From Deltaproteobacteria bacterium RBG_16_49_23 (GTDB lineage: Bacteria > Desulfobacterota > BSN033 > UBA1163): a stretch of 64,000 bases of DNA. This document shows, in pieces, positions 62,565-64,000 of the stretch (positions are counted from its first letter, which is position 1; the number at the start of each line of letters is the position of its first letter). Under the pieces are notes generated by a model. The model ran no database searches and was not told where the DNA came from. It saw only the letters and a program-made list of their open reading frames with translations. Location of the stretch: NCBI GenBank assembly GCA_001798855.1, contig MGQQ01000025.1:1740-65739 (forward strand), written 5' to 3'. Both the position numbers and the translations under genes were made by a program.

Positions 62565-63563
62565 TCACCCCCAGTATTCCACCTTGTGTTTTCGGTAGAA
62601 TTCAATCGTCCTTCGGAGCCCTTCTTCCAGGCCGATCCTCGGCGTCCAACCGACCACGCCCTTGATTTTGGAGATATCGGTATAATAGTCTCCCGGCTCC
62701 ACCTCTTTCCGTTCCCGTGTGAATTCCGTAAAGGCAACCTTCCCACTCCCAGCAACCTCCACAATCTTCCTGGCCAGATCGATGAAACTGAAGGGGATGC
62801 CTGTCCCTACATTAAAGACTTCCCCATAAGCCGCCGGACAGGCGGCTACCTGAAGAAAACAGCCAACGAGATCGTCCACATAAAGAAAGTCTCTTAATAT
62901 ATGACCCTCCCCGAAAACAGGAAGGGCCTCATCGTCGATGGCCTTCCGGATAAACCAGTTCAGCACGCCATATTCATCGTGAGCCATCTGATGGCGGGGT
63001 CCGTAGGTGTTGGTAATCCTTAGACAGGTTCCCGGAATCTTATGGACATCGTGATAGACCAGAACCATCTTTTCCGCAGAGAGGTTGGTCACCGCATAGA
63101 TGCCTTTTGGATTGGTGGGATGGTCTTCTCCAACCGGAAGTTTAACACTGGCCCCGTATTCCCCTCTTGTCCCCGAAAAGATGACCTTCACCTCCCGGTT
63201 ATATTTACGGCACGATTCGAGAAGGACGAGTGTTCCCCGGCAGTTGATATCCAGATCTTGAATGGGATTCCGGATGCTATCCACATGGTTCACCTGACCG
63301 GCCAAATGAAAGATGAAATCCTGATCTTTCACCAGATAGTCCATTGAGTGTTCATCCCGGACATCGCTGAAGTTGACCTGAATGTGATCCATGATCTCCT
63401 TCACATTAAAAAGATTTCCTCCCAGCCTGGGCATCATATTATCAACGACTGTTACCTTCGCTCCCAACCCCACTAACCGGGCGGAGAGGTTCGATCCGAT
63501 GAAACCCAATCCCCCCGTCACCAGCGCCCTCTTTCCCTGAAAGGCATTCTCATTGAGGGCCAT
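62565..63563 (-). CDS. NAD-dependent epimerase/dehydratase
   Basis: TGGLGFIGSN, HLAGQ, TNTYGPR, RDFLYVDD; YAVTN in place of the canonical YxxxK. Confidence 0.9.
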   Translation of the reverse strand: MALNENAFQGKRALVTGGLGFIGSNLSARLVGLGAKVTVVDNMMPRLGGNLFNVKEIMDHIQVNFSDVRDEHSMDYLVKDQDFIFHLAGQVNHVDSIRNPIQDLDINCRGTLVLLESCRKYNREVKVIFSGTRGEYGASVKLPVGEDHPTNPKGIYAVTNLSAEKMVLVYHDVHKIPGTCLRITNTYGPRHQMAHDEYGVLNWFIRKAIDDEALPVFGEGHILRDFLYVDDLVGCFLQVAACPAAYGEVFNVGTGIPFSFIDLARKIVEVAGSGKVAFTEFTRERKEVEPGDYYTDISKIKGVVGWTPRIGLEEGLRRTIEFYRKHKVEYWG

Positions 63564-63587
63564 TTTTCTTCTCCTTTTTAGTATTTT

Positions 63588-63722
63588 GTATCACTTTAGC
63601 CTTTTGACACACTATTCAATCCCCCTTTATCCCCCTTTTCCAAAGGGGGAATCACATTTTGGGCAGGAATCTCCTCCCTTTGGAAAAGGGAGGCCGGGAG
63701 GGATTTAATTGAGTTTTTCAAC
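63588..63722. mobile_element. Partial MITE family A copy fused to the GT2 3' end
   Basis: Terminus GTATCACTTTAGC plus both core hairpins. Confidence 0.8.
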
Positions 63723-64000
63723 TCCCAGAGCTTGGCGTATTTGATAAAGACATAGAACATCGTCGAAACGGCGATGATCAATCCCGGCAACCCATCCCGA
63801 AATCCGGACTTAAAAAGATACTCCTTGATAAACCGAAAAGGCGGGTGGAAGAGGAGTTTGAAGAGACTGAACTTCTCTCCATTCTGGGCCATGTCTTCGG
63901 CGGCAATCCGGGAATATTTATCGATCGTCTGAATCTGATCCGAAATGTCCCGGTAGGTGTAGTGGAGATACTGATTCTTTAAAGTGGATACTTCCCCATC
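63596..64000 (-). CDS. GT2 beta-1,4-glucosyltransferase-like (KdtX/WaaE type), 5' end outside the window
   Basis: LHYTYRDISDQIQTIDKYS..FRFIKEY..GFRDGLPG..KYAKLWE. Confidence 0.85.
   Translation of the reverse strand, partial: DGEVSTLKNQYLHYTYRDISDQIQTIDKYSRIAAEDMAQNGEKFSLFKLLFHPPFRFIKEYLFKSGFRDGLPGLIIAVSTMFYVFIKYAKLWELKNSIKSLPASLFQREEIPAQNVIPPLEKGDKGGLNSVSKG

Overview
64 kb of chromosome that looks Desulfobacterota/Deltaproteobacteria-like (inferred from gene content and order). Most genes are on the minus strand. From the left: a Sec-signal RHS/YD-repeat protein running off the edge (absent from the ORF track); a B12 radical SAM gene; topA-dprA-LysM; a racemase plus TAXI-TRAP transporter islet; murJ, rpsT, holA and a THUMP methyltransferase; an EF-P beta-lysylation set (efp, epmA, kamA/epmB) inside the leuS-lptE-holA block; argG-argD-argB, hslUV, xerC and dodecin; then about 30 kb of LPS/surface-glycan genes. 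I found no rRNA, tRNA, CRISPR array or transposase. The most unusual signal is non-coding: a dense, nested population of miniature palindromic elements. It comprises three MITE-like families with distinct termini and flanking duplications, 30-34 nt micro-elements inserted inside them, and mirror-symmetric heptamer tracts at many gene junctions. Several copies are read in frame and form protein C-termini or loops. All coordinates and motifs were read by eye, so repeat boundaries may be off by a few bases.
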